A stretch of 64,000 nucleotides of DNA from Spirochaetota bacterium (lineage in GTDB: Bacteria > Spirochaetota > UBA4802 > UBA5550). Below are positions 1 through 11,004 of the stretch, one piece after another. Numbering within the stretch: the first letter of the stretch is position 1; each line of letters opens with the position of its first letter. The position numbers were made by a program, and so were the translations under genes. The stretch spans positions 2,848,001-2,912,000 of the forward strand of contig OY760686.1 of NCBI GenBank assembly GCA_963663865.1, written 5' to 3'. The notes beneath the pieces are model-generated. The model searched no databases, had not been told where the DNA came from, and saw only the letters and a program-made list of their open reading frames with translations.

Positions 1-2609
<2,609 letters not shown>

Positions 2610-2616
2610 ACCGGCC

Positions 2617-4500
2617 TCAGTCAGAGTAGAACACAGCCCGAACCTCAACCGGGCTGTAGCCGTTGCCGGCCCCGTAAACAGGGTGAAGGCCGGTTTCCAG
2701 ACCGGCTCCCGCGCTGTACTCCCAGTCGGGGCCAGGGCTGACCTGAGAGTCCCATATTTTAAGATTGTCAACCGCCACGAAGGACCTCTCTCCGTTTTCC
2801 TGAAAGGGATTGATATGAACGATGTCAGCCGAGAAGTAGAGCCTTGAGAGGTCCGCGCAGAACGGCCCTTCAAGGCTTCGAATCTCATCTCCATTGACGT
2901 AGACCGTTGTAGAGGCCTCGTCCCAGACGACGTAGACGTGGACCCAGCCCCCGCCGATGTTCAGGGTGTTCTCGCTCAGAGAGCCTTCCTCACCCGTTTC
3001 AACAACAAGATAGCCTTCTATCGGAGAAGAAATGCTAATTGCACCGTTGCCGCTCTCAGTAAGAAGGCTTACATATACAGTCTCACCTCCGGAGGCCGGC
3101 ATGGCCTCAAACCAGAAGGACACTGCCCCTCCGCCGCAGGGCCTCGGGATTTCAGAGGCAAACGGCATTATGAAGTAGCCCCCGCCGAGGCCGCTGTCCC
3201 CCATTCCAGGCACTCCGCTCAGGAAAAGGGCATTTCCGAACTTACCGGGCTCAAAGGACTCAGCGAGATCGGCTGAGCTGTGAATTATGCCGCCCGGCCG
3301 GCCGCCCGATTCGGGTGCCAGAAGTGAGGCGCTGTCCTCCATTCTGCTCCAGAAAACAGGGCCCGGCAGCAGGTACTCTCCCCTGTCTGGGTCAACATAG
3401 AAGCTGCCGGGCCCGGGCCGGCCGGGCGTCAGGGCGAGGTCCATCATGACGGGCACCATAGACCGGTCAGCTTCGCCGCTCAGAACATTGCTCCCGTTTA
3501 TCAGGAATCTTATGTAGCGTCCTTCCTGCAGGGGGCCCGATGTGTTTTCATCAAATACCGAATCCATGGGGCCGCCCCGGCTCAGTGACGCCAGCGAGCT
3601 CAGGGGATCGCCGTAATCGGTCCTGAGAACAGCGCCTGTGGCATCTTCACCTTCATCAGGCCTTGAAAAGAAGCCCCTGCCCGCAGTATCCGGAGCTGCT
3701 GCCTCATAGACCGCTGCTCCCAGTGAAAAGCGCTGTGAGTACTCAGATATCATAACATTTCCGGAAAGGTCGCTTATTCCCGAGAAGCTGAAGTTGTAGT
3801 GGGTATTTCTTACGAGAAGCTGCGGGTCAGGCCTTATCACAAGGATCCCGCCGGCTGCGTTGTAGCTGTACTCAAAGGGACATGACACTCCGTCAGCCCT
3901 GGTAATGCTCAGGCCGCTGTTTTCAATTGATGAGGGGTCGACAGGCTCGCTGAAAACAAGCACCAGCTGCGCGGTCTCCAGAGAAACGCTTTCAACAATG
4001 CCCGGAATCCCGCTCAGCACCGCAGGCGGCACAAGGTCCGCTTCGCGCCCTGTGGTAAAAGACCACTGGTAATCAGAACCGAGCTTAATCCCCCCGCTGT
4101 CGCGAATATCCCCCGAAATAGAAACCGTGTAGACTGTATCGGGCAAGAAGCCTTCACCGGATGAAGGTTTAATAATATAACTTAACGAATCAGCCTCCTC
4201 GACGGTGACAGGAATTACTGTTCCGTCTTCGTCGCGGACCTCGACCGAATCTGAGGTCAGAGATATCGGGTCGCATGAGCGGTTAAGGCAGAACAGCAGG
4301 GACGAATTGATCTCAACACCGCTCTCTCCACCGTACGGCGATGTGTAGATGACACTGAGCCTGTCCACATTACTTTCAGCCTCTAGCGTTGAGGATTCAG
4401 CTGTCTCGCCCGGAACAGGCTGAGGAACATCGTGAAAGACATTCGAACAGGCCGCGGAGAACAGAAGCAGCGCGGCAGCCAGGGCCCGATTCAAAGCCAT
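2617..4500 (-). CDS. Lipoprotein with two bacterial Ig-like (Big_5-type) domains and a probable LamG/ConA-like C-terminal domain
   Basis: GGAGG before ATG at 4500; lipobox LFSAAC. Big_5-like patterns (YTVSISGDIRDSGG..WSFTTG; VFSEPVDPSS..ISDLSGNVM). LamG-like GGAVSFWF..WVHVYVVWD..VYVNG..VDNLKIWD. Confidence 0.7.
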   Translation of the reverse strand: MALNRALAAALLLFSAACSNVFHDVPQPVPGETAESSTLEAESNVDRLSVIYTSPYGGESGVEINSSLLFCLNRSCDPISLTSDSVEVRDEDGTVIPVTVEEADSLSYIIKPSSGEGFLPDTVYTVSISGDIRDSGGIKLGSDYQWSFTTGREADLVPPAVLSGIPGIVESVSLETAQLVLVFSEPVDPSSIENSGLSITRADGVSCPFEYSYNAAGGILVIRPDPQLLVRNTHYNFSFSGISDLSGNVMISEYSQRFSLGAAVYEAAAPDTAGRGFFSRPDEGEDATGAVLRTDYGDPLSSLASLSRGGPMDSVFDENTSGPLQEGRYIRFLINGSNVLSGEADRSMVPVMMDLALTPGRPGPGSFYVDPDRGEYLLPGPVFWSRMEDSASLLAPESGGRPGGIIHSSADLAESFEPGKFGNALFLSGVPGMGDSGLGGGYFIMPFASEIPRPCGGGAVSFWFEAMPASGGETVYVSLLTESGNGAISISSPIEGYLVVETGEEGSLSENTLNIGGGWVHVYVVWDEASTTVYVNGDEIRSLEGPFCADLSRLYFSADIVHINPFQENGERSFVAVDNLKIWDSQVSPGPDWEYSAGAGLETGLHPVYGAGNGYSPVEVRAVFYSD

Positions 4501-4517
4501 ATCAACCTCCAATCACA

Positions 4518-5546
4518 TCACCTGAAGCTCCTTGCTACGGAAAGCCCCATCCTTGAATAGTAGACATTTCCCTTCCTCTCAACGATGCCGCAAAGTTCGT
4601 AGACGGCATTCAGCCTGAGGTTTTCGTAAAGGCTGTATCCTCCCCTCATGCCGGCAAAAAACGAAGGCTCTGTTCCTGAACGCCTTGAGGTATCTTCCGT
4701 GTCCTCTTCTGTATAGTAAAACAGGCACGCGTAAGAGAGCCCGGCGCCGGCCTGAACGCCGTAACTGAACCGGCCGTATTCAAAGCTCAGACCCGCGAAC
4801 AAAGAGCATCCGGCCGTGTAAGCAGTCTCCATCCTGTCAGCGGGAGCCTGAAAGATAACGTAATCGAACCTGCCGCCGACAATCAGGCCCCTGAAAAGCA
4901 CATCCTCAAATCCTGCCGATGCCGACACTGCCAGCCCGCGGGAAGAAAGCCCGGCGAGCATACCGTGCGGAAGCGAATACGCCGCGATAAGCTCGACTGA
5001 AGGCATTGCGTCAACGACCTCAAAATCTCTTTTCCTCAGCCTTGACGCCAGCCTCAGCCCCGCGTCAAGGCTCTCCGAGCGGAGGCCCGGCAGGTCATCC
5101 GCGCTGACCTCCTCCCTGTAGACATAGGCGCTCTGTGCGACATCGACGATGCTCAGTGTGAGCCTGAGCGGACTTGTATTCTCGAATGTGCCGACAATGA
5201 CGTAGTCGGCGTTCAGTATTCTTCCGGCGGAAGCGGCCTCTCCGATATTACCTCTGGCGTAGAACACGGCCCTCCGCTTATTAACCAGGTCAAGCCTGCT
5301 CCTCTCAAGTATCACCAGACCGCCGCTTCTGAAAAGGGAGTGCTCAACCGCGTTCCTCATTACAGAAGCAGACATGTCGTCCCCGCCTGCTCCGGCAAAG
5401 TTGAGCACCGAGACCTTCACCTCGCCGCCGTTTGCGGAAAAAAGCCTGCCGGCGCTCGCGGTAACCCACAGCAGCAGAAACAGGAGCACAGGCCATAACC
5501 CGCGCCTGCTCACCGCTGATCGTGTAATCACAGCTCTTTGCGTCAT
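4518..5546 (-). CDS. Exported protein: CsgG/FlgO/TolB-N-like domain plus probable C-terminal outer-membrane beta-barrel
   Basis: Signal peptide; VSVLNF..LERSRLD..GRILNADYVIVGT..LSIVDV pattern. C-terminal half has amphipathic aromatic-rich strands ending in SFR. Confidence 0.6.
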   Translation of the reverse strand: MTQRAVITRSAVSRRGLWPVLLFLLLWVTASAGRLFSANGGEVKVSVLNFAGAGGDDMSASVMRNAVEHSLFRSGGLVILERSRLDLVNKRRAVFYARGNIGEAASAGRILNADYVIVGTFENTSPLRLTLSIVDVAQSAYVYREEVSADDLPGLRSESLDAGLRLASRLRKRDFEVVDAMPSVELIAAYSLPHGMLAGLSSRGLAVSASAGFEDVLFRGLIVGGRFDYVIFQAPADRMETAYTAGCSLFAGLSFEYGRFSYGVQAGAGLSYACLFYYTEEDTEDTSRRSGTEPSFFAGMRGGYSLYENLRLNAVYELCGIVERKGNVYYSRMGLSVARSFR

Positions 5547-6337
5547 TGACCGCTGAATCTGTTTATAACACGCGAGAGCTCATCCGCGATGCCGTCCACT
5601 CCCGCAGCGGCTTCTTCCTCACTGTCATAGTCCCTGACAGCCACATGAAGAACGCGGGAATCCTTTATGTCCACAATCCTGACAGTCAATGTGATGCTGC
5701 CCGAGTTTTTCTCAACGCTTCCAAGCGCAAGCAGCCTGCCGCCCCTGACATCATCGCTGTCCCTTGAGGCCGCGCCCTTAATTCTTCCGGACACCGCGCT
5801 GTAGAGCGATGCACTGATTCGGTCGCGAGCGGGTCCTTCGACCTCAAACGAGGTGAAGCGTCCGAAAACGACATCGTAACGCGGCGCTGACTGCGAAATT
5901 CCGTCAGAGACCGGCATTCCGGTTTGCTTTTCTTTTTGGGGGAATGATGTTCTGACGGATGTCACGGCATTTCCGGTTGTCAACGGAGCTTCATCAATGT
6001 TTTGAGGCACAGATATTCTCTGCTCAGAAGTCCGTCCGGCGCTGTCAGCACGCTCTACACGGGTAACGCTGAAGTATATTACCGCAGCAGCGGCTGCCAT
6101 TATCAGGGCGCCCGCGGCCGCTTTGAGGACGGGTACGCTCATGCCGAACCTGTTGATCCTCAGGTTTCTAAGCGACAGCAGCCAGATAATTACAGCGGCC
6201 ACGCCTGCCCGCTTCAGCGTCTTCCTCATCTCCGCTGACTTTATGGATTCAATGCGCCTTCGAATTTCCTCAGGTATGGGACTTACCATGCCCTCTCTCT
6301 GCATGAGGGATTCAAATATCTCAATATTTCTGTTCAT
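5543..6337 (-). CDS. Putative anti-sigma factor (membrane-anchored, C-terminal CsgG/FlgO-like domain)
   Basis: Overlaps the ECF sigma stop codon. Short cytoplasmic N-terminus, hydrophobic segment(s), Pro/Ser/Thr linker, then LALGSVEK..ITLTVRIVDIKDSRVL. Confidence 0.6.
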   Translation of the reverse strand: MNRNIEIFESLMQREGMVSPIPEEIRRRIESIKSAEMRKTLKRAGVAAVIIWLLSLRNLRINRFGMSVPVLKAAAGALIMAAAAAVIYFSVTRVERADSAGRTSEQRISVPQNIDEAPLTTGNAVTSVRTSFPQKEKQTGMPVSDGISQSAPRYDVVFGRFTSFEVEGPARDRISASLYSAVSGRIKGAASRDSDDVRGGRLLALGSVEKNSGSITLTVRIVDIKDSRVLHVAVRDYDSEEEAAAGVDGIADELSRVINRFSGQ

Positions 6338-6837
6338 AGCAAATCCTCCAGGCTTCTAACGCCTCTGCCGGCAAGGTAGCTCTGAATCGCATCGACAATT
6401 TTTCCGTACTTGTACCTGACCTTTCTCTTGCTCAGTCCAAGATGTCTTCCTGTTTCATTGTAAGTAAATTTGTGAACAGCCACAAGCTCAAAAAGCAGCC
6501 TGCTGTCCTCATCTTCACCGCAGACCGCGGCAACGGTCTCCTTCAGAAGCATTCTGATTTCGCTGCTGCCATACTGTTCATCGGGTATATCGTCTTCGGC
6601 AACAATGCTGGCTGCCCCCCTTTTGCGGTAGTATGAGAGGAACTCATAGCGGGCTGCTCCGTAGAGCCAGCCCCCGGCCGACTCGACGGAGTCAAACTTC
6701 TCGTACAGCCTGGCGAATATGTTCTGGCACATGTCCTCGGTGTCGTTCATATTGCCCGTTTTGGAATACAGCGACGCATACACAAGCGGGTAGTACCTGC
6801 TGTATGCAGCCGCGAAATCACTGTTCTTCTTCGACAT
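6334..6837 (-). CDS. ECF-family RNA polymerase sigma factor
   Basis: Region 2 (YYPLVY..DTEDMCQNIF..WLYGAAR) and region 4 HTH (FTYNETGRHLGLSKRKV). Start placed at MSKKN (6837). Confidence 0.85.
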   Translation of the reverse strand: MSKKNSDFAAAYSRYYPLVYASLYSKTGNMNDTEDMCQNIFARLYEKFDSVESAGGWLYGAARYEFLSYYRKRGAASIVAEDDIPDEQYGSSEIRMLLKETVAAVCGEDEDSRLLFELVAVHKFTYNETGRHLGLSKRKVRYKYGKIVDAIQSYLAGRGVRSLEDLL

Positions 6838-6939
6838 AGGCGGCCCTGTCCGATTTTTTAGAATTATCGGACAGGAACCTGCACTGCTAAACTGTTTTTT
6901 GTGCAGATACGGCACTTATGTTGCCTTTAGCTGCTAAGC

Positions 6940-9204
6940 TCAACCGCTATGAACTACGCCTTTTCTCGCGTTGACGGCAGCCGCGGCCATATTCCTTATT
7001 GCCGGCTTCACCTCTTCCCATTTTCTGGTCTTCAATCCGCAGTCAGGATTGACCCACAGGCTCTCAGCAGGAACCACGACAAGCCTGCTGTTGATCTCCT
7101 CCTCAAGCTCAGCCTGCGACGGGACCCTGGGCGAATGAATATCGTAGACTCCCGGTCCTATATCGCCAGCGTATCCCCTGTGTTCGAATATCCTCAGGAG
7201 GTCGTTGCCGCTTCTTGAGGTTTCAATGGAGATAACGTCGGCGTCAAGAGCCTCAATCGCGTCGAAGATATCGCTGAAATCGCTGTAGCACATGTGCGTG
7301 TGTATCTGTGTTTCTGGGCGGGCGGTGCTGACAGCGTCCCTGAAACACTCAACGGCCCACTTCTCGTAATCCTCCCGCTTGGAGCGCCTCAACGGATATC
7401 CTTCCTTGAAGGCAGCCTCATCGACCTGAATAATCCGGATGCCGGCCCGCTGAAGGTCATCGATCTCCTCTGAAATCGCGGCGGCAATGCTCTGGCAGAT
7501 TTTCTCCCTCGGAACATCGTCGCGCGCGAACGACCAGTTGAGAATAGTCACCGGACCGGTCAGCATTCCCTTGACCGGCTTCGATGTAAGGCTCTGAGCG
7601 TACTTGATGATGTCGACCGTCATAGGCCTGAAGCGCGCCGCGCTGCCGTAGATAACGGGCGGTTTCACGCAGCGGCTGCCGTAACTCTGCACCCACCCGT
7701 TTGACGTGAAGGCGAAACCTTCAAGCTGTTCTCCGAAGTACTCGACCATGTCGTTCCTTTCAGGCTCTCCGTGAACGAGGACATCAAGCCCTGCCTCCTC
7801 CTGAAAGACGATGCACTCGTGGATGTAGTTTTTTATTCCGAGATCGTATTCTTCGATTCTGATGACGCCCTTTTTATAGTCTCTCCTCAGCGCCCTCAGT
7901 GCAGGCGTCTGCGGGAAACTCCCGATCGTGGTAGATGGCAGCAGCGGCAGATTGAGCGCCTTCTGCGCCGTCTTCCTCGACATACGGCTGCCCTCTCTTG
8001 AACGCCGGGCGGCTTCATCGTCCGCTGACATTTCGAACAGAGCTGACCTAGACTGAAAGACAGCCCTGTTGTCAGCAAGAGGCCCGTTGCTGCCGGCAGC
8101 AACATTCCCGGAAATAATGTTCGAGAGGCCGGCAAGCTCGTGCAGCTTCTCTACCGCGAAGCTGAGCCTTTCCCTGACTTGCTGATCGAGCTTATCCTCG
8201 GACCTGAGCGAATAGGGAACATGCTGCAGCGAACATGATGTCGAAAGAACAATGTTTTCCGGCGCAACCTTTCTTGAAATCGTTTCGTAAAGGGCGAGCG
8301 TTCTGCTGTAGTTGTTCTTCCATATGTTTCTGCCGTTTACCACGCCGGCAAAAAGCTTCTTGCCGTTAAGGTATTCAAGCGCCTCAAGGTTTTCAGGCCC
8401 ATAAACAAAATCAAGCGCAATGCCGTAAAGCGGCACATCGCGAAGAGCCTTTACCGCCTCAGTGGCATGATCGAAGTATGTCGAGAAGATAATATCGACT
8501 CCCTTAACCTCTGCAAGCGCGTCGCAGATCTGTCTGAAGACATCGGGCGTAGGCGAGTGAGTATCGCTAACTGCAACAGGTTCCTCAATCTGAACTAAGA
8601 CACGCCCGTTTGCCGCAGAGGCTATATCCTCAAGCAGTTTTTTATAGAGCGGGATGAAGACTGGAAGCAGGTCGATGGGCCTCCCGCCGTCTGTACGGCG
8701 CGAAAGCGCAAGAAATGTGGCAGGTCCGATAATATTAACCCTGGGAACAATCCCGTGAGAGATTGCCTCTCTGTAGCGGGAAACCGGAAGCGATGAATTG
8801 CATTCATACGCCTGATTATGCTTGAGCTCCGGCATGATGTAGTGATAGTTGGTATTGAACCACTTGGTCATTTCCATGGCCGGGCCGCTGCTGTTTCCCC
8901 TTGCCATGGCAAAGTAAAGCTCCGCCGGGTCCTCTATTGAGGCAAAGCGTTCCGGAACAGCGCCGAACATGACGGCGGTATCGAGCATCCTGTCATAGAG
9001 GCTCGAATCGCAGCAGCTGATATAGTCGATTCCGGCGCTCTTCTGCTCAAGCCAGGCGGCCTTTCTGAGCGCGGCAGCAGTCGATTCAAGCTCTTCGAAA
9101 GGAATCTGCCCGCTCCAGTACTTTTCAAGGGCCCACTTGAGCTCCCTGTTCTCCCCTATCGAGGGGAAACCTGTCACACAGGTCTGAATTTTTGTTGATG
9201 CCAT
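6940..9204 (-). CDS. metE: Cobalamin-independent methionine synthase
   Basis: EMTKWFNTNYHY, TTIGSFPQT, HGEPERNDMVEYFGE, GWVQSYGSRCVKPP, HTHMCYS, WVNPDCGLKTR. GGAGG RBS supports the start at 9204. Confidence 0.98.
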   Translation of the reverse strand: MASTKIQTCVTGFPSIGENRELKWALEKYWSGQIPFEELESTAAALRKAAWLEQKSAGIDYISCCDSSLYDRMLDTAVMFGAVPERFASIEDPAELYFAMARGNSSGPAMEMTKWFNTNYHYIMPELKHNQAYECNSSLPVSRYREAISHGIVPRVNIIGPATFLALSRRTDGGRPIDLLPVFIPLYKKLLEDIASAANGRVLVQIEEPVAVSDTHSPTPDVFRQICDALAEVKGVDIIFSTYFDHATEAVKALRDVPLYGIALDFVYGPENLEALEYLNGKKLFAGVVNGRNIWKNNYSRTLALYETISRKVAPENIVLSTSCSLQHVPYSLRSEDKLDQQVRERLSFAVEKLHELAGLSNIISGNVAAGSNGPLADNRAVFQSRSALFEMSADDEAARRSREGSRMSRKTAQKALNLPLLPSTTIGSFPQTPALRALRRDYKKGVIRIEEYDLGIKNYIHECIVFQEEAGLDVLVHGEPERNDMVEYFGEQLEGFAFTSNGWVQSYGSRCVKPPVIYGSAARFRPMTVDIIKYAQSLTSKPVKGMLTGPVTILNWSFARDDVPREKICQSIAAAISEEIDDLQRAGIRIIQVDEAAFKEGYPLRRSKREDYEKWAVECFRDAVSTARPETQIHTHMCYSDFSDIFDAIEALDADVISIETSRSGNDLLRIFEHRGYAGDIGPGVYDIHSPRVPSQAELEEEINSRLVVVPAESLWVNPDCGLKTRKWEEVKPAIRNMAAAAVNARKGVVHSG

Positions 9205-9212
9205 TTTTCCTC

Positions 9213-9340
9213 CTTTTTGTTTTCGCGACAAAAAATCAGCAGCTGCCATGGCATTCGGACTTCGGGAGTTCCTTAAGACCTCCCGTTACCGTAGCGCGAC
9301 TGTGTCCGACTCTCACGGACTTCCCCATATACGGCAGCTG
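9213..9340 (-). promoter_or_regulatory. Cobalamin riboswitch (compact form) controlling metE
   Basis: Minus strand reads CAGCTGCCGT..GGGGAAGTCCGTGAGAGTCGGACACAGTCGCGCTACGGTAAC..GAAGTCCGAATGCC.ATGGCAGCTG: closing stem, GGGAA, T-loop arm, P5 and a B12-box-like segment. A downstream P13 hairpin sits next to the SD. Position upstream of B12-independent metE is the classic context. Confidence 0.88.
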
Positions 9341-9443
9341 AAGGGCAACATATATGTTGCTGTGATGTATTCTGTCTATAAGAAATTTTCATGACAGGGT
9401 TTTATCTCCGCTTTTCTTTTAGAAAGAAAAGTGGTTATAGCCT

Positions 9444-9472
9444 GTAGAGCCGCCCAATTTGGGCGGCTCTAC
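9444..9472. repeat. GTAG-type REP-like palindrome, family 1, copy 1
   Basis: GTAGAGCCGCCCAATTTGGGCGGCTCTAC; near-identical copies at 10740 and 23099. Confidence 0.85.
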
Positions 9473-9516
9473 AGGGTGCCGGAACCAATTGGCGGAATCA
9501 AGAGACCGCAGGCACA

Positions 9517-9795
9517 CTGCTTCAACACCTCATCCAGTGCGATTTGCATGGATGCAAATCGCCCGGGCGCCGTTTCATCAGGATGATGATAACGGCGTTG
9601 CAATGGTCAATTAACTGCAAAGGCCAAGCCATTCCGGCGATTGAGGAACGGCTTTTTCCCGCCGCTTTTTGGCCGGTCAAAAAGCGGCAAAAGAAGTACC
9701 ACGCTCTCAGCGTGAAAATGGATGCAGGCACCCTGCCCAAAATGCGCGTCGCGCAGCACTGTGGCGGAAAATTGCCTGTGCGCTCCGCACAAAAA
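9517..9795 (+). repeat. Composite palindrome-rich repeat, left copy
   Basis: 9517-9757 aligns without gaps to 23243-23483; 9517-9650 aligns to 23586-23719; 9761-9795 aligns to 23757-23791. Confidence 0.92.
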
Positions 9796-9814
9796 TCACA
9801 GGAAGATAACTATC

Positions 9815-9843
9815 TTGACATTATGAAGTAAACAGTTTACTTT
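9815..9843 (+). promoter_or_regulatory. Sigma70-type promoter of the TA operon with an overlapping palindromic operator candidate
   Basis: TTGACA-17 nt-TACTTT; perfect inverted repeat AAGTAAAC-A-GTTTACTT at 9826-9842. Confidence 0.55.
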
Positions 9844-9919
9844 CCCGAAATACTAATAAAAACAATTGAAATAAACATCAATTCAACTATTCAAAAAGAT
9901 ACCGGCTGAGGAATTCAAA

Positions 9920-10099
9920 ATGCTAACTATTAAACAAGAGGCAATAAACGCCATCTCAAAACTACCTGATGATGCCAATATTGACGATATCATGTATCGT
10001 CTTTATGTCATTGATAAAGTTGCCCGCAGTCAGCAAGCTGTCAAAGATGGAAAGACTATTACCGTTGATGAGTTAAAAAGAGAAGTTCAATCATGGTAG
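9920..10099 (+). CDS. Small antitoxin (59 aa) of a RelE/ParE-type TA pair; not in the ORF track
   Basis: MLTIKQEAINAISKLPDDANIDDIMYRLYVIDKVARSQQAVKDGKTITVDELKREVQSW. GAGGA RBS; overlaps the toxin start. Confidence 0.85.
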   Translation: MLTIKQEAINAISKLPDDANIDDIMYRLYVIDKVARSQQAVKDGKTITVDELKREVQSW

Positions 10100-10386
10100 C
10101 ATGGTCCGATCTTGCAAAGGAAGACCTTAAAAACATCTATGACTACATCGCTCAAGACTCACCATTCTACGCTCATAAGGTAGTTGATGATATAATCGAA
10201 TCCTCAGAATCACTTGAAGGATTTCCTGCATCGGGCCGTGTTGTTCCATAACTCAGTGACGTTAACATCAGGGAGCTGCTCATTTATTCATACAGGATTA
10301 TCTATGAAATCATTGATAGTGATGCGATAATTCATGCTGTTATTCATGGCAAAAGAGACTTCATTAAAGCCTTTAAAATTGATTAA
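10093..10386 (+). pseudogene. RelE/ParE-family toxin interrupted by an in-frame TAA
   Basis: MVAWSDLAKEDLKNIYDYIAQDSPFYA..FPASGRVVP*LSDVNIRELLIYSYRIIYEI..IHAVIHGKRDF. The stop at 10249-10251 falls where the family usually reads GRxVPE. Confidence 0.88.
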
Positions 10387-10739
10387 TATAGCACTTTCCG
10401 CCAGATACGCAGCGCTTTCCCTCACCACTTTTCTTATAACAAGCTCCAAAAAACCTTTATATTGCATGTCATTTCACTCGTTTAAGTTCAATTTTAACTG
10501 CAAAATAATTGGTGTGCCTGCGTTGAAATTTTTCCGCTCGGATTCTCACAACAACCGCTGACCCTGCAAAAAACACTCATCCAAGGCGTTTCAGCGACCG
10601 CCCGGCTCATCCACGGCTTTTCAGATGTGGAGGGGCTTGTTATCATGAGGCAGAATCTCTTATGTATATACTAATTTTAGTGGCAAATTCTCATCGGTGA
10701 TTTCCGGCAATTTTATATCGGTGCTGACACAATAAGCGG

Positions 10740-10768
10740 GTAGAGCCGCCCAGATTGGGCGGCTCTAC
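10740..10768. repeat. GTAG-type REP-like palindrome, family 1, copy 2
   Basis: GTAGAGCCGCCCAGATTGGGCGGCTCTAC. Confidence 0.85.
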
Positions 10769-10782
10769 CCGTAGCGTTTGCG

Positions 10783-10814
10783 GTTTCACTCCACGCGCCC
10801 GCACGGAGTGCGAC
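10783..10814 (-). CRISPR. Solitary type I-C-like CRISPR repeat (single unit, no array)
   Basis: Minus strand GTCGCACTCCGTGCGGGCGCGTGGAGTGAAAC, 32 nt, matches the I-C pattern GTCGC..GCGTGGATTGAAAC. I saw no second repeat and no cas gene in the window. Confidence 0.7.
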
Positions 10815-10849
10815 CAGGAGTGCCATCGATAGTAGAAATTTACAAGGCT

Positions 10850-10963
10850 TCATAGGCCTGGAGCAAGAAGCTGTTTCAACTTTGCATTTTCAGATTCAAG
10901 TTCCCGCATCTTCTTTAAATCTGAGACTCCCATTCCGGAATACTTTGAATGACAATTATAAAA
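10850..10963 (-). mobile_element. IS3-family transposase OrfA remnant
   Basis: Translates FYNCHSKYSGMGVSDLKKMRELESENAKLKQLLA, resembling the IS3/IS407-type OrfA pattern FYxWKxKYGGMxxSDxKRLKxLExENxRLKxLLA. No start, OrfB or terminal repeats seen. Confidence 0.75.
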
Positions 10964-11004
10964 ATAGAAATTGGTTCTACAAATGCCACTGTATTCTCCT
11001 TAGT

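Noticed and set aside
9522-9831. Short ORFs in the left repeat, with near-identical ORFs at 23272-23801
   Set aside because: They lie wholly inside palindromic repeats, occur on both strands, have inconsistent ends between copies and show no recognisable motif.
9800-10730. TA module as an integron cassette
   Set aside because: No convincing attC (RYYYAAC..GTTRRRY with internal symmetry) and no integrase in the window.
10700-10900. Possible CRISPR array around the solitary repeat (GTTTCAAC at 10873)
   Set aside because: Only a few bases match, the 90-bp spacing is wrong for I-C, and that stretch is explained by the IS3 remnant.
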